DNA from: Firmicutes bacterium UBA3567
GTDB lineage: Bacteria > Bacillota > Thermosediminibacteria > Koleobacterales > UBA3567
DNA length: 39,210 nucleotides
NCBI GenBank assembly: GCA_002376045.1
Contig: DFNM01000195.1
Location: forward strand, 1 to 39,210
Direction of reading: 5' to 3'
Made by a program: the position numbers and the translations under genes. A model generated the notes under the pieces. It was given only the letters and a program-made list of their open reading frames with translations, did not search any database and was not told the DNA's origin. Positions 9,094 through 18,772 of this stretch are shown piece by piece; position 1 is the first letter of the stretch; every line of letters begins with the position of its first letter.

Positions 9094-9609
9094 ATGTTGA
9101 ATACATTTGGAAATATTGCTGCAGCAAGAATCAAAGGAGGGCCTCTTGCTCCAAATATAAGAGGAGTTGTCTGGTTTTACCCTGCCCTTTATGGGACAAA
9201 TGTGTGTGTAGAAGTAAGGGGGCTGCCTCCGTATCAATCTGCCGAAAACGGCAAACCTCCCATCGGCCCCCATGGCTTTCACATACATGAGCTTGGCAAC
9301 TGTAAGATATGTGACCCTGTAGATCCTTTTAAAGCAGCTGGAGGACACTGGAATCCCTGCAATCAACCCCATGGAAACCATGCGGGGGATTTTCCCGTGC
9401 TTTTTTCAAACCATGGTCTGGCACGAATGTGCTTTTTTACCGATAAGTTCACGGTAAAGAATGTTGTAGGAAAAGCCGTTATTATTCATCAAAACCCCGA
9501 TGATTACCGTTCCCAACCCGCTGGAAATGCTGGAAAACGGCTGGCATGCGGAGTTATTAAATGGTATTATCCATCTGCATGGTGGTTTTACAGCACAATC
9601 AATCCATAA
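9094..9609 (+). CDS. sodC: Cu/Zn superoxide dismutase family protein, no signal peptide
   Basis: 171 aa. Motifs GFHIHELGNC, AGGHWNP...HGNHAGDFP, IIHQNPDDY and GKRLACGVI match the Cu/Zn ligand pattern of the Sod_Cu family. GAGGTGG RBS 7 nt before the ATG. Confidence 0.85.
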   Translation: MLNTFGNIAAARIKGGPLAPNIRGVVWFYPALYGTNVCVEVRGLPPYQSAENGKPPIGPHGFHIHELGNCKICDPVDPFKAAGGHWNPCNQPHGNHAGDFPVLFSNHGLARMCFFTDKFTVKNVVGKAVIIHQNPDDYRSQPAGNAGKRLACGVIKWYYPSAWWFYSTINP

Positions 9610-9957
9610 AAGCAAAAGGAAGAAAATCGCTGCAAAAACCAGACCGCCAGGAATTTTTAAGAATATTTCAGGCGCAGTGATGAACGTAAGAGATGGACCG
9701 CTCGTTGCTTCCAAACCAACGGCAAGAGCAGCTGGTATGATGACCATCCCGGCCAAAAGACCTGCTGTTGTATCTCCTATAGCTGTAAATAGGGCATTCT
9801 GAGGGATGTTTTCTTTTTTTGACATGTAACTCGCATAACACATCATAAAGGTGCCACCTAGACTTAATGAAAAGAAAGCCTGACCCAACGCTCCTAAAAC
9901 CGTTGAACCTGTAATTTTGGGAAAATCCGGCATCAGATAGAATATCCAAGGCATCAA
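9604..9957 (-). pseudogene. Internal fragment of a neurotransmitter:sodium symporter (NSS/SNF) family transporter gene
   Basis: IFYLMPDFPKI...GQAFFSLSLGGTFMMCYASYMSKKENI...SGPSLTFITAPEIFLKIPGG...FFLLLL is the mid-portion of NSS transporters. A stop lies 3 codons upstream of the fragment. Homology ends exactly where the convergent SOD gene ends, and the rest of track ORF 9406..9957 is antisense to sodC. Confidence 0.7.
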
Positions 9958-11315
9958 CCCGCAGGACTACACCTGGACCATTTAAGACCAGTGAGTTTAA
10001 GCAAGTATCTACAATACCCCAGCAGGTGTTCTGCTAGGTTTTTTTCGCACTCTTCTGCATCCACTCCAGGAGGTACATTCCAGTTGGGCTTGGGATTTAC
10101 CTCTATCATCCAGATCTTCCTATCTACATCTACTCCGATATCAAAACCCAGTTCCCCAAACTGACCAGAATAAACGTCATCTATTACCCCAGCAATATTA
10201 AACAAACACTTCTCGATTCCTTTTATTACTGCTGCCGCATCCTGAGCACCAAATGTTTCTGTCAAAATCTCCAGTGCAGTTGCTCTATACCCGCCCCACA
10301 GAGGACCTGTAATTATTCCTGCCTCCGGACCCAACTTGGCTTTTATGATAAGGATATTCCATCTACCCTTCTCATTTTTAAAAACATGTCCTCTAAAGGC
10401 AACAAGCCTGTTTTTAAACCGAATCACACGAATTGGCTGTTGAACCAGATAGCTTTTTGCTGTAATAATGGGGTGCATTCTGGTCAACAATTCCTTTTTG
10501 TGCTGAAATGTTTGCGTGCATTTTTCGATTTTCGATACATGATGTTCTACTATGTATCCTCCATTCCTTGCTTTTGATATTTTGTATACACCAAAGCCAA
10601 GGGATGAAGAGGTCGGCTTAAGATAAGCGGCACCATATTTCTGTAGGAAATAAAAAACAGTATCGGCGGATTTATATCCTATTGTTTCCGGTAGATAATC
10701 TTTAATCAAAGGATATTTCACAAAGTTATTATGGTTTACAAGTTTATCATTCAAACCAAAAGGGTTCAGCAATTTAACCTTTTTGTTTCTCTTAACGTAA
10801 TCCACCACCAGTTTGGTATACAAAGGCCTTAATTCTTCAGTTATAAACCCCACCTGATTGTATATGACATCCGGTATAGGAAACTCTTGTATAATCCAAT
10901 CCTTTTTATAATTTGAATCATATATGAAACCACTGATGGTTTCGTTATCATAATCTACAAAATCCGGAGTAAAGAAGTAGCAGACCATCCCGGTTTCATA
11001 AGCTGTTTTTGATATTGTTTTAAAAAGGGATTCAACTTCTGGATCATGCATCATTACAGGTCTGCTGCAGAGCACCCCTACCACAGGTCCTGCTTTTAGT
11101 TCACGCTTGATTTCGTCAAAAAAGAAGGTAAGAGGCTGGTGAATACCCATCAATCCAAATTTTACAATTGCTGTCCTGTGAATGGAGTATGCATCCTGGT
11201 TATTTTTGAATTCTTTCAATTTTATTTTTGCCTTTTTAACCCCGACAGACACGGTTATTTCCGCATCACTTTTTAAATTCAACCTCTCTAATGCATTGGA
11301 AGACAATCCGAGCAA
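9954..11315 (-). CDS. YheC/YheD family ATP-grasp protein (spore-associated family)
   Basis: 453 aa. Family-typical blocks are present: GPVVGVL, DVIYNQV, AYLKPTSSSLGFGVYKI, IIKAKLG, GELGFDIGVDVDRKIWMIEVNPKP. TTG start preceded by AGGAGAGAGGG. Confidence 0.8.
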   Translation of the reverse strand: MLGLSSNALERLNLKSDAEITVSVGVKKAKIKLKEFKNNQDAYSIHRTAIVKFGLMGIHQPLTFFFDEIKRELKAGPVVGVLCSRPVMMHDPEVESLFKTISKTAYETGMVCYFFTPDFVDYDNETISGFIYDSNYKKDWIIQEFPIPDVIYNQVGFITEELRPLYTKLVVDYVKRNKKVKLLNPFGLNDKLVNHNNFVKYPLIKDYLPETIGYKSADTVFYFLQKYGAAYLKPTSSSLGFGVYKISKARNGGYIVEHHVSKIEKCTQTFQHKKELLTRMHPIITAKSYLVQQPIRVIRFKNRLVAFRGHVFKNEKGRWNILIIKAKLGPEAGIITGPLWGGYRATALEILTETFGAQDAAAVIKGIEKCLFNIAGVIDDVYSGQFGELGFDIGVDVDRKIWMIEVNPKPNWNVPPGVDAEECEKNLAEHLLGYCRYLLKLTGLKWSRCSPAG

Positions 11316-11519
11316 AGACCCTCTCTCCTTTCATTTTTTTATTCATTGTATGTGTCAATCCTCCGGGTTGTGTTAGAGATAAATATGATTATTCCGGGGA
11401 CGGCTGTCTTTAAACACACCTCTCGAACACATCGCTTCCCTTTTGACATGACATCCGGCCCTTCCTTTTACCGGGTGTAGAGTTGGAAGAGATAGCTGCT
11501 ATCCATGTCGGGCGTACAA

Positions 11520-11543
11520 CAAAAAATTCTCCCAATGGGAGAA
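11520..11543 (-). terminator. Rho-independent terminator after the GerMN gene
   Basis: Palindrome TTCTCCCAATGGGAGAA followed on the minus strand by UUUUUUG, about 55 nt after the stop at 11597. Confidence 0.6.
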
Positions 11544-11596
11544 CATAAAAGAAAAAACTATTTTTTCGATAATCTCTTTAATCTCTTTCGCTGCAT

Positions 11597-12211
11597 TTAT
11601 TTCTCTGAATCAGATGCCGAATCAAGGAACAGCACATGCTCATTCCGGCCCAAAGGTTCGGTTAAGTCTACATGACCGGCCAGGGTTTCTATCTCTTCAC
11701 CTTCTACTAAAATGCGGACTTTTTCTACACCGGGAAACTTTATCAAAGTATTGGCTATGGAAGCCAGTACCAGTGCTTCTCCTGCACTGCCCACATTTAT
11801 GTTGTAAATTTCTTTAGAAAAGTTGGGATACGCTATCCAATTTTTCACTTTCACGTCCAACACTTTTGTTTCTTCAGGAATTAGACCTGTCAGGGATTTA
11901 GAAGCAGGACCTTTTATCAGTTCTTCAAGGGCAATTTTTAAGACATCAGAGCAGTAGGTTATTTCCCGCAATTCAGGGACAAGCCAGAAATTCTTGGGAG
12001 TAGTTTTCACAAAATACAGCGTTATAGTCCGCTTTTCTCTATCCTTCAATTGTTCTTTGAGTTCCCTTACTCTTTTTTCCAGAGTTCTGTTCTTTTCTTT
12101 TAGGTCTCTGATCTCGTTGTTTTGTCTTGAGCAGCCTGAAAGGAAAAAGCTCAGTATCAAAACCAAAACCAAAAACAACACCGCCAACTTGATAAACGCT
12201 CTCTTTTCCAT
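11597..12211 (-). CDS. GerMN-domain lipoprotein (sporulation/germination GerM-like)
   Basis: Signal peptide with the lipobox LSGC, a coiled-coil linker, then a GerMN-like domain (TLYFVK...ALEELIKGP...VLDVKV...VGSAGEALVLASIANTL...VEKVRILVEGEEIETLAGHVDL). Confidence 0.75.
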   Translation of the reverse strand: MEKRAFIKLAVLFLVLVLILSFFLSGCSRQNNEIRDLKEKNRTLEKRVRELKEQLKDREKRTITLYFVKTTPKNFWLVPELREITYCSDVLKIALEELIKGPASKSLTGLIPEETKVLDVKVKNWIAYPNFSKEIYNINVGSAGEALVLASIANTLIKFPGVEKVRILVEGEEIETLAGHVDLTEPLGRNEHVLFLDSASDSEK

Positions 12212-12527
12212 TTATTCCCCCCCTTTCTAAGTATTATCTCTAAAATACAATATGCTTATACTAAAATTGAGTTCAACTCGCAAATTACAACAATTATAAA
12301 TCAAATGCCAGGCACTCAGGGTCATTAACCTGTACCTGACATAACAATTTATACCACTCCTAAAATTTAATTTTCCTCTTTTCATCAACCGATTTCATCT
12401 TCTGGTTCATACTGGAAACCTTATCTCTCCTATCATCAATCTTAACAACGGTATACACCCTTTTTGCTCCCGATAACGAGAAGTTGCTGAATAAAAGGTA
12501 TAGTTATATTTAAAAAAGACAAAGAAT

Positions 12528-12556
12528 TGTTAACTATAATTTTTTGTTGGTTGACA
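12528..12556 (+). promoter_or_regulatory. Putative BirA (biotin repressor) operator
   Basis: TGTTAAC-N15-GTTGACA is an imperfect inverted repeat, one mismatch from the Gram-positive TGTTAAC/GTTAACA half-sites. It overlaps the -35 box of the bioY promoter. Confidence 0.55.
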
Positions 12557-12579
12557 TTTATGGCCTTTTACACTACAAT
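12551..12579 (+). promoter_or_regulatory. SigA-type promoter of bioY
   Basis: TTGACA, 17-nt spacer, TACAAT, about 40 nt upstream of the bioY start. Confidence 0.6.
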
Positions 12580-12616
12580 ATAGTTAAATTCTAAATTTGA
12601 GAAAGGAGACGGTTCT

Positions 12617-13174
12617 ATGAACAAAACAAGGAATATGATTTTGGTTGCTTTTTTTATTGCATTAACAGCAATAGGGGCCAAAATAGAAATTCCCCTTCCT
12701 TTTGTTCCCATCACCCTGCAGGTTTTGTTCGTGTTTATGGCAGGGATTTTGCTGGGAAAAAAGTTGGGAGCTTTAAGCCAGCTACTTTATGTAGCCATGG
12801 GCCTTATTGGTCTTCCAGTTTTCGCCAAAGGGGGCGGACTCGGATATGTATTCAAACCCTCCTTCGGCTACCTGATTGGTTTTATCCTTGCAGCTTATGT
12901 TATTGGTTTGATTGTTGAAAACAGGGAATTGAATTTTAAACAGGCTTTTTGGGCTTCCATTGTGGGACTGCTTGTAATTTATGCATGTGGTGTTCCGTAC
13001 TTGTATTACATCTTAAACAACATCATGGGAGTGAACATCACCCCATATGGAGCTGTTAAAGCAGGAATGTTGACATTTCTTCCTGGTGATATCATAAAAA
13101 TTCTGGTAGTAGCATCACTGACACCTCAAATACACAAAAGGATTAAACCTTTTATAGAGAATAAACGAATGTAA
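12617..13174 (+). CDS. bioY: Biotin transporter S-component BioY
   Basis: 185 aa, about six TM helices. BioY hallmarks are present: PITLQVLFVFMAGILLG, GLPVFAKGGGLGY, PSFGYLIGF and FLPGDIIK. AGGAGA RBS. Confidence 0.92.
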   Translation: MNKTRNMILVAFFIALTAIGAKIEIPLPFVPITLQVLFVFMAGILLGKKLGALSQLLYVAMGLIGLPVFAKGGGLGYVFKPSFGYLIGFILAAYVIGLIVENRELNFKQAFWASIVGLLVIYACGVPYLYYILNNIMGVNITPYGAVKAGMLTFLPGDIIKILVVASLTPQIHKRIKPFIENKRM

Positions 13175-13182
13175 TTTTAGAC

Positions 13183-13229
13183 AATCCCTCCTTCATAAAT
13201 ATGTTTTAAAGCAAAGGAGGGATTTTATA
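13183..13229 (+). terminator. Hairpin after bioY that also sequesters the methyltransferase RBS
   Basis: 11-bp perfect stem AATCCCTCCTT / AAGGAGGGATT (13183-13193 / 13214-13224), then TTTTATAA. The right arm is the AAGGAGGGA RBS of the ATG at 13230. Confidence 0.55.
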
Positions 13230-13970
13230 ATGGTATTAAAATTTGATAGACAAGAAATCGGTGAGGATGATATAACTAATGCATTTCCTGAAAAAATCAG
13301 TGGTAAAGAATGGATAAAATACTCAATTAGTGTATGGGATGATTATAAAACCAAAGAAGAAAGTTTGTATAAGCATCCCGCATCTTTTCCTGTTAATCTA
13401 GTACATAAATTAATTCGAATATACACAAAACCTAAAGAAATAATTATTGACCCGTTTATGGGTATGGGAAGTTCTTTAGTTGCAGCCGCCAAGTTAAACA
13501 GGCGAAGTATTGGTTTTGAGATTAACAAGGATTTCATTAAAACCGGGTATAGTAGATTGCAAAAATACAACTGTCAATTTAAAATCATTGACGACTCTTG
13601 TTTAAATATTGAAAACTATATACCGGTCAATTCTATCGATTTTTGCATTACTTCACCACCATATTGGAATATTTTAAACCGCAAACGTAGTGCCGATTGT
13701 AAAAAAATCAGAAACTACGGTAATGAGAAAAGAGATTTGAGTAATATAAAAAGCTATGACAAGTTTCTAACTCAAATACAAAAAGTATTTTCAAAAATTT
13801 ACATACTACAAGAATTATCACATGCAAATATTATCAATTTTGGGTTTAAAAAACACAAATTATGCAACCCTAAAAATAAGGTAATACGTAAACGCAAACC
13901 AATTAATACGGATGAACATTCTTCTAACTTACCTGTTAAAATTCGAGGAATTCACTTCAACGCATTCTAG
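13230..13970 (+). CDS. N4/N6 DNA methyltransferase (SPPY catalytic motif, so possibly m4C), orphan and possibly C-terminally degenerate
   Basis: HPASFPVNLVHKLI...IIDPFMGMGSS (motif X + motif I) comes before DFCITSPPYW (motif IV). The last ~50 aa are Lys-rich and show no recognisable motifs. The gene lies in a visibly AT-rich block. Confidence 0.72.
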   Translation: MVLKFDRQEIGEDDITNAFPEKISGKEWIKYSISVWDDYKTKEESLYKHPASFPVNLVHKLIRIYTKPKEIIIDPFMGMGSSLVAAAKLNRRSIGFEINKDFIKTGYSRLQKYNCQFKIIDDSCLNIENYIPVNSIDFCITSPPYWNILNRKRSADCKKIRNYGNEKRDLSNIKSYDKFLTQIQKVFSKIYILQELSHANIINFGFKKHKLCNPKNKVIRKRKPINTDEHSSNLPVKIRGIHFNAF

Positions 13971-13995
13971 GAAATTTGTCGCGCATTGGGGTGTA

Positions 13996-14105
13996 AAATG
14001 GGTAACTAATTCTCCCCGCGCAGTTTGGGATAGTCTGGATCAGCTATGATCTGCCTCCCCCATCGAAATCAGATCGGCTCTGCCTTCTGCAATAATTTTT
14101 TCACC
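13996..14105 (-). pseudogene. C-terminal relic of an old-yellow-enzyme / NADH:flavin oxidoreductase family gene (frameshifted)
   Basis: The minus strand reads ...IIAEGRADLISMG, then after a 1-nt frame change QIIADPDYPKLRGEN*. This matches the conserved (A)DxVxxGRxxxADPD(L/Y)PxK C-terminal block of OYE-type reductases. Nothing upstream of it remains. Confidence 0.55.
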
Positions 14106-14212
14106 TATTTAAACTGCCTAAAAAATTGAACAAATAATGAAAAAAATTGGATGATTATGCCTCCTCCCTTCAGCTAGAGATAAATTTAAAGTATATTCAA
14201 ATAAAAAACGAA

Positions 14213-15466
14213 TTATAACCCGTTATCCGCAGCTACAGCTTCTTTTATGGTAACACCTTCTTCCATATTATTATCAGGATACAGAATAATCGTTTCACCT
14301 TCTGCAAGGCCTGCTTTGATTTCTACTACATCATCCCCTTCAATTCCCGTTTCAACTTTTTTCAATGCAGCACGGTGGTTTTCAACTACAAATACATACT
14401 TTTCATTCCCCAATTCGAAAACAGCACTTTTAGGCACGTAAAGAACATTATTCTTAAAAGCTGTTACGATCTTGACAGTTACCTCATAACCAACTTTCAA
14501 CTCGGGGCTTTGTTCCAGCAAATCAATCTCGATTTTTACCCTTTTCTGTTTGATACCCAGATCGGACATTTTACTGAAGGCTTTAGGATAAATTTTGTTT
14601 ACCTTACCCTTAATGGGTTTCATATCTAAATCATCACTTGTAATAATTACATCCGCTCCCTCTCTTATTTTGCCAACATCACCTATGAGTATATCTGCCT
14701 CAATATACAGTTTGTTTATATCTCCAATTTCAAACATTGCTGTTCCAGGCTGTAAATAAGTGCCTTCCTTTATAAAAACATCCAGCACTGTACCACTGAC
14801 TGATGAGGTTATCTTCAAATCTTTTTCGGTCTGTTCAAGCAGTTCAATCTGATACTGTAGTTCTCTTATTTTGGCCTGATGCTGTTTGAGAATATTGCTT
14901 GAAGCGCTCTTTTTAAGCAAAGCCAGCTCGTTCTGTGCGATTTTGAGGGATTCCTCCTGGAGGGCCAGATTATCCACCGCATTTTTATATGCTTCATAGC
15001 TGATTGCATCTTCTTCATACAGCTTTTTGCTGTTTTCCACCTCCCGTCTGGCCTGTTCAACCTTGATCTGCAACGACTTCACGCTGGCTTCCGCCTGCTT
15101 TATCTTTTCTTCATCCGCCCCTTTTAGAGCTTCTCTGTAGGCAGCCTTTAATCCTTCAAGCTGAGCCTCCATCATCTTTATCTGCAGATCATTTTTTGTT
15201 GTATCGATAATGGCAATGACTTCTCCTTGTTTGACAAAATCACCTTCTTCCACGCGAATCTCCCGAATTTCTCCCACGACTTGGGCATAAATGGTTCTCT
15301 GGTTTTTCGATTTGACTACAGCCGTTTCTTCTATAAAACTCGTAACATCTCCCCTTTCAACCTCAGCTACTTCCGCTTCAATTTCCCGGCCGCCTTTAAT
15401 CATATATACTGCAGCGATAATTATCAGCAGCACAACCAAACCTATGATTATTTTTTTCTTTTTCAT
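14213..15466 (-). CDS. HlyD-family periplasmic adaptor (membrane-fusion protein) of the MacB-type transporter
   Basis: 417 aa. N-terminal TM anchor, lipoyl-like motif (GEIREIRVEEGDFVKQGEVIA), a long coiled coil, and beta-barrel motifs (SGTVLDVFIKEGTYLQPG). Confidence 0.88.
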   Translation of the reverse strand: MKKKKIIIGLVVLLIIIAAVYMIKGGREIEAEVAEVERGDVTSFIEETAVVKSKNQRTIYAQVVGEIREIRVEEGDFVKQGEVIAIIDTTKNDLQIKMMEAQLEGLKAAYREALKGADEEKIKQAEASVKSLQIKVEQARREVENSKKLYEEDAISYEAYKNAVDNLALQEESLKIAQNELALLKKSASSNILKQHQAKIRELQYQIELLEQTEKDLKITSSVSGTVLDVFIKEGTYLQPGTAMFEIGDINKLYIEADILIGDVGKIREGADVIITSDDLDMKPIKGKVNKIYPKAFSKMSDLGIKQKRVKIEIDLLEQSPELKVGYEVTVKIVTAFKNNVLYVPKSAVFELGNEKYVFVVENHRAALKKVETGIEGDDVVEIKAGLAEGETIILYPDNNMEEGVTIKEAVAADNGL

Positions 15467-15478
15467 CCATTATCACCC

Positions 15479-17836
15479 CTATGAAATTCTATTTTTTAGG
15501 GCATCAATAAAGTTCAGCTTGTTGATTCTGTTTACCGTTGCTAATTGTGCAAAGGCTATAAAAACCATCGTGAGTACTATAGCCATAAGGTAGGTTCTTA
15601 ACGACGTCGGTACATCAAATGTATAAAGCTCTGTGCTATATACCTTTCCCAATTGTTCTATCATAAATCTCCCCAACGGCATCCCCATTATGATTCCAAT
15701 AACAGTCATAATTACGTTTTCTTTCAGCAATATATTGTGAATTTCCTTCTTTGCAAACCCCAGCACCCGCAGTGTTGAAAATTCTAACCTTCTTTCTGAG
15801 ATGTTTATAACCGTTGAATTATAAACAATTGCAAACCCAAGGATGCCTGCAAACAAAAGCATTATACCGATTGAATAGATGGTCAAATCAAGAAACTTCC
15901 TAAAAGTTTCCATCATATCATGAATTGATTCAACGGATGAAATATTTTTTAAGTCATCCAGCTTCTCTTTCACCCGATCATTTGAATTCAAATAAACACT
16001 TGTAATCATTTCCCGGTCCAGGAAAAGGTTTCTCATTTCCTCTATATTCATGTATGCGTTAATTCCAAGGCCTTGTTGGATAACATCCTTTACTTCAATA
16101 TACACATCATCCCGGTTTGGGATAAAAGTTTCAATCTTGATGGTATCACCTGTACTGACTCCTAGAAATCTCGCAAGGTTTTCTGAAAGCACAATCCCTT
16201 CTCTTGGAAGTATAATTTTCCTCCCCTCTTTATTGATAAATTTATAAAACTCTGTATTTTCTTTTAACCCAATTATATTGACAACCTTATTCTTCCAGCC
16301 ATAAACTATGTTGAAGGGATACTCCAGTTTGGGTTCAATTTTCTCAACTTTAACGATGTGTTTAATATCATTAATAATGTTTTCATTTACTGGTTTGTCA
16401 AAATTTATGTTGTAATCCATTCTCTGAAATTCTCTATAATGGATATAAAAAATATCTGTAACAGCAGTATTCAAATGTAAGGTTAACAGCACCATGCTGT
16501 ATGTCAGTGAAATCCCAAGAATTATAAAGATAAACCTTTTCTTGTTTCGGAAAATATTTCGTAAAACCATTCTGCAGTCGAATGGCAGATGTTTCCATAG
16601 AGTTCTTATTTTTTCCAAAAATATTTCCCCACCTGTCCCGGGAGCCTCGGGTTTCATTGATTCTGCCGGCATTATTCGAATGACCTCCCTGGCTCCCCAG
16701 AGACCAGATGCCACACAAAAAGCTGCTGCAATCAAAACCGCCAACAGCAGGTATTGATAATAAAAATTGATCCTCAACATCGGTATATTGAAAAATTGTA
16801 TATACATCTTTGTCATAATACCGGACAAAAGCATTCCAAATGTGATTCCCAGTATTGCTCCGATAACACCTACCATTAATGAATATTTGGAATAGTGAAG
16901 CATTATGTGTAAATTGCCGTATCCTAAGGCTTTAAATATTCCGATGGCCATTCTATCGTTTTTAACCATTCTTCCGAGCATAACTGAAATGATAACGGCG
17001 GCAATCCCTAAAAACACCAGTGGCACAGCAGTTGATGTGTTCCTTAGCTGCTTTATCTCTTCATGAACCATCCGGTTGCTTAACTGTTCTTCTTTTGCAT
17101 AGATTCTTTTTACTCCATATTTCTTCAATTCTTTCTTCAACAGTTCCTTGACCTTTTCTATATTTTTCTCGGAATCTACTGTTATTAATACCTCGTTATA
17201 ACTACCGTGAAATCCCATGCTCTGTTGAGCGAAGGATTCTGAAACATATATAACCCCAAATTTTTCAGGTTCAGGCAGCAAACTCTGCTCATTCTTCATG
17301 AGATATATGTGTTCCGGACTCGATGCTATTCCACTGACTTTAAGGTTATATCTTTTTCCGCCAATTTGAGGCTGTATGGTTTGACCGAGTTTAATATTAC
17401 GTGCATCTGCAAACTGCTTAATCACAAATGTTTCTTTACTTTTTAGCTCAGTTGATTTCCCCTGGGATGGATAAAGGGCATTTATAGGATTATTCTTTTC
17501 AGAAATCGATGTGACTCTTACGATGACTTTTTCATCTTCATCTTCTACTTTCAACGGAACGTCTGCTACTACCCTGCCCTGAGCCTGCCGAACATCGTTT
17601 ATACTCGTTAGTTTCTGGACCGCTTTCTCAGGAATTCTAACCACTTCAACATAAATATCAGCAAAATTTGTGATATCATAATAATGCTGAAGAGTTGTAT
17701 CCAGGTTTATGGCAGCCATATTCATCGCAACATAAATGATTAGCCCAACAATGATGAGAGAACTTATCGCAATAAACTGGCCTTTTGTGTTTTTTATCAA
17801 TCTCAAAAGCCGAACATCTAGTTTCATCATCACCAT
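15479..17836 (-). CDS. ABC transporter permease with two FtsX-like domains (MacB-type)
   Basis: 785 aa. Two TM1 - large extracytoplasmic domain - 3 TM repeats, with FKALGY and LRVLGF FtsX signatures. The start overlaps the ATPase stop. Confidence 0.88.
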   Translation of the reverse strand: MVMMKLDVRLLRLIKNTKGQFIAISSLIIVGLIIYVAMNMAAINLDTTLQHYYDITNFADIYVEVVRIPEKAVQKLTSINDVRQAQGRVVADVPLKVEDEDEKVIVRVTSISEKNNPINALYPSQGKSTELKSKETFVIKQFADARNIKLGQTIQPQIGGKRYNLKVSGIASSPEHIYLMKNEQSLLPEPEKFGVIYVSESFAQQSMGFHGSYNEVLITVDSEKNIEKVKELLKKELKKYGVKRIYAKEEQLSNRMVHEEIKQLRNTSTAVPLVFLGIAAVIISVMLGRMVKNDRMAIGIFKALGYGNLHIMLHYSKYSLMVGVIGAILGITFGMLLSGIMTKMYIQFFNIPMLRINFYYQYLLLAVLIAAAFCVASGLWGAREVIRIMPAESMKPEAPGTGGEIFLEKIRTLWKHLPFDCRMVLRNIFRNKKRFIFIILGISLTYSMVLLTLHLNTAVTDIFYIHYREFQRMDYNINFDKPVNENIINDIKHIVKVEKIEPKLEYPFNIVYGWKNKVVNIIGLKENTEFYKFINKEGRKIILPREGIVLSENLARFLGVSTGDTIKIETFIPNRDDVYIEVKDVIQQGLGINAYMNIEEMRNLFLDREMITSVYLNSNDRVKEKLDDLKNISSVESIHDMMETFRKFLDLTIYSIGIMLLFAGILGFAIVYNSTVINISERRLEFSTLRVLGFAKKEIHNILLKENVIMTVIGIIMGMPLGRFMIEQLGKVYSTELYTFDVPTSLRTYLMAIVLTMVFIAFAQLATVNRINKLNFIDALKNRIS

Positions 17837-18540
17837 TCAATCCTTCTGGGGTCAACCGGATTGGGATTGACCCTGGTTTCATAAATCATACCACTTCTCA
17901 TTTTTACCACCCTGTCAGCCATATCTGCTATGGCAGCATTGTGAGTAATTACAACAACTGTTTTTTTGTATTCTCTGTTGATCCTTCTGAGCAATTCTAA
18001 AATAGAAATCCCTGTCTTATAATCCAGTGCACCAGTCGGTTCATCACACAGCAGAATAAGGGGGTTCTTTGCTACAGCTCTGAGAATAGCCACCCTCTGC
18101 TGTTCACCACCACTAAGCTGTGAAGGAAAATGGTTCTTACGGTCAGAAAGCCCCACATCGTCAAAAAGTTTATCAATATCCAGGGTATCTTTACAGATCT
18201 CTGTTGCAAGTTCTACATTCTCTCTGGCAGTCAAATTTGCTATCAAGTTATAGAATTGAAACACGAACCCGACCTTGTTCCTTCTGTAGTCTGTAAGCTG
18301 TTTTTCATTGTAGCTGGTGATTTCTTCATCTCGTAGGAAAACCCTACCACTTGTGGGTCTATCCATACCACCCAATATGTTAAGCAATGTGCTTTTTCCG
18401 GAACCACTGGGTCCTAAAACAACAATAAACTCCCCTTTCGGTATCTCAAGGGATACATTCTTTAAGGCTCTTACAATCACTTCACCCATTTGATAATTTT
18501 TGCTTACGTTTTCAACCCGCATCAAAGTTCTCTTTGCCAT
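17830..18540 (-). CDS. ABC transporter ATP-binding protein (MacB/LolD-type)
   Basis: Walker [11 protein letters not shown]-loop, signature [14 protein letters not shown], Walker [13 protein letters not shown]-loop ITHN. Confidence 0.93.
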   Translation of the reverse strand: MAKRTLMRVENVSKNYQMGEVIVRALKNVSLEIPKGEFIVVLGPSGSGKSTLLNILGGMDRPTSGRVFLRDEEITSYNEKQLTDYRRNKVGFVFQFYNLIANLTARENVELATEICKDTLDIDKLFDDVGLSDRKNHFPSQLSGGEQQRVAILRAVAKNPLILLCDEPTGALDYKTGISILELLRRINREYKKTVVVITHNAAIADMADRVVKMRSGMIYETRVNPNPVDPRRIEW

Positions 18541-18772
18541 TGTTTACACCTGGCCTTTATATTTATTTTTATCTTCCTTCTTAAGTTACTACAATTTTTC
18601 AAATTGCTAAGTCGTATCAGATAACTGCCTGGCGTTTTACTTGTTTTTCACATCCTTGCTACCTGTTGAAAAAACAATCACTTTATTCTAATTATTCTAA
18701 AAAATTGCTATACTTTTTAATCAGCAACTTTTTTATATATTAAATCTGGACTTAATCAACGTCGCGTATAGC

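Noticed and set aside
9049-9381. 110-aa minus-strand ORF
   Set aside because: Entirely antisense to the well-supported Cu/Zn SOD gene, with no motifs.
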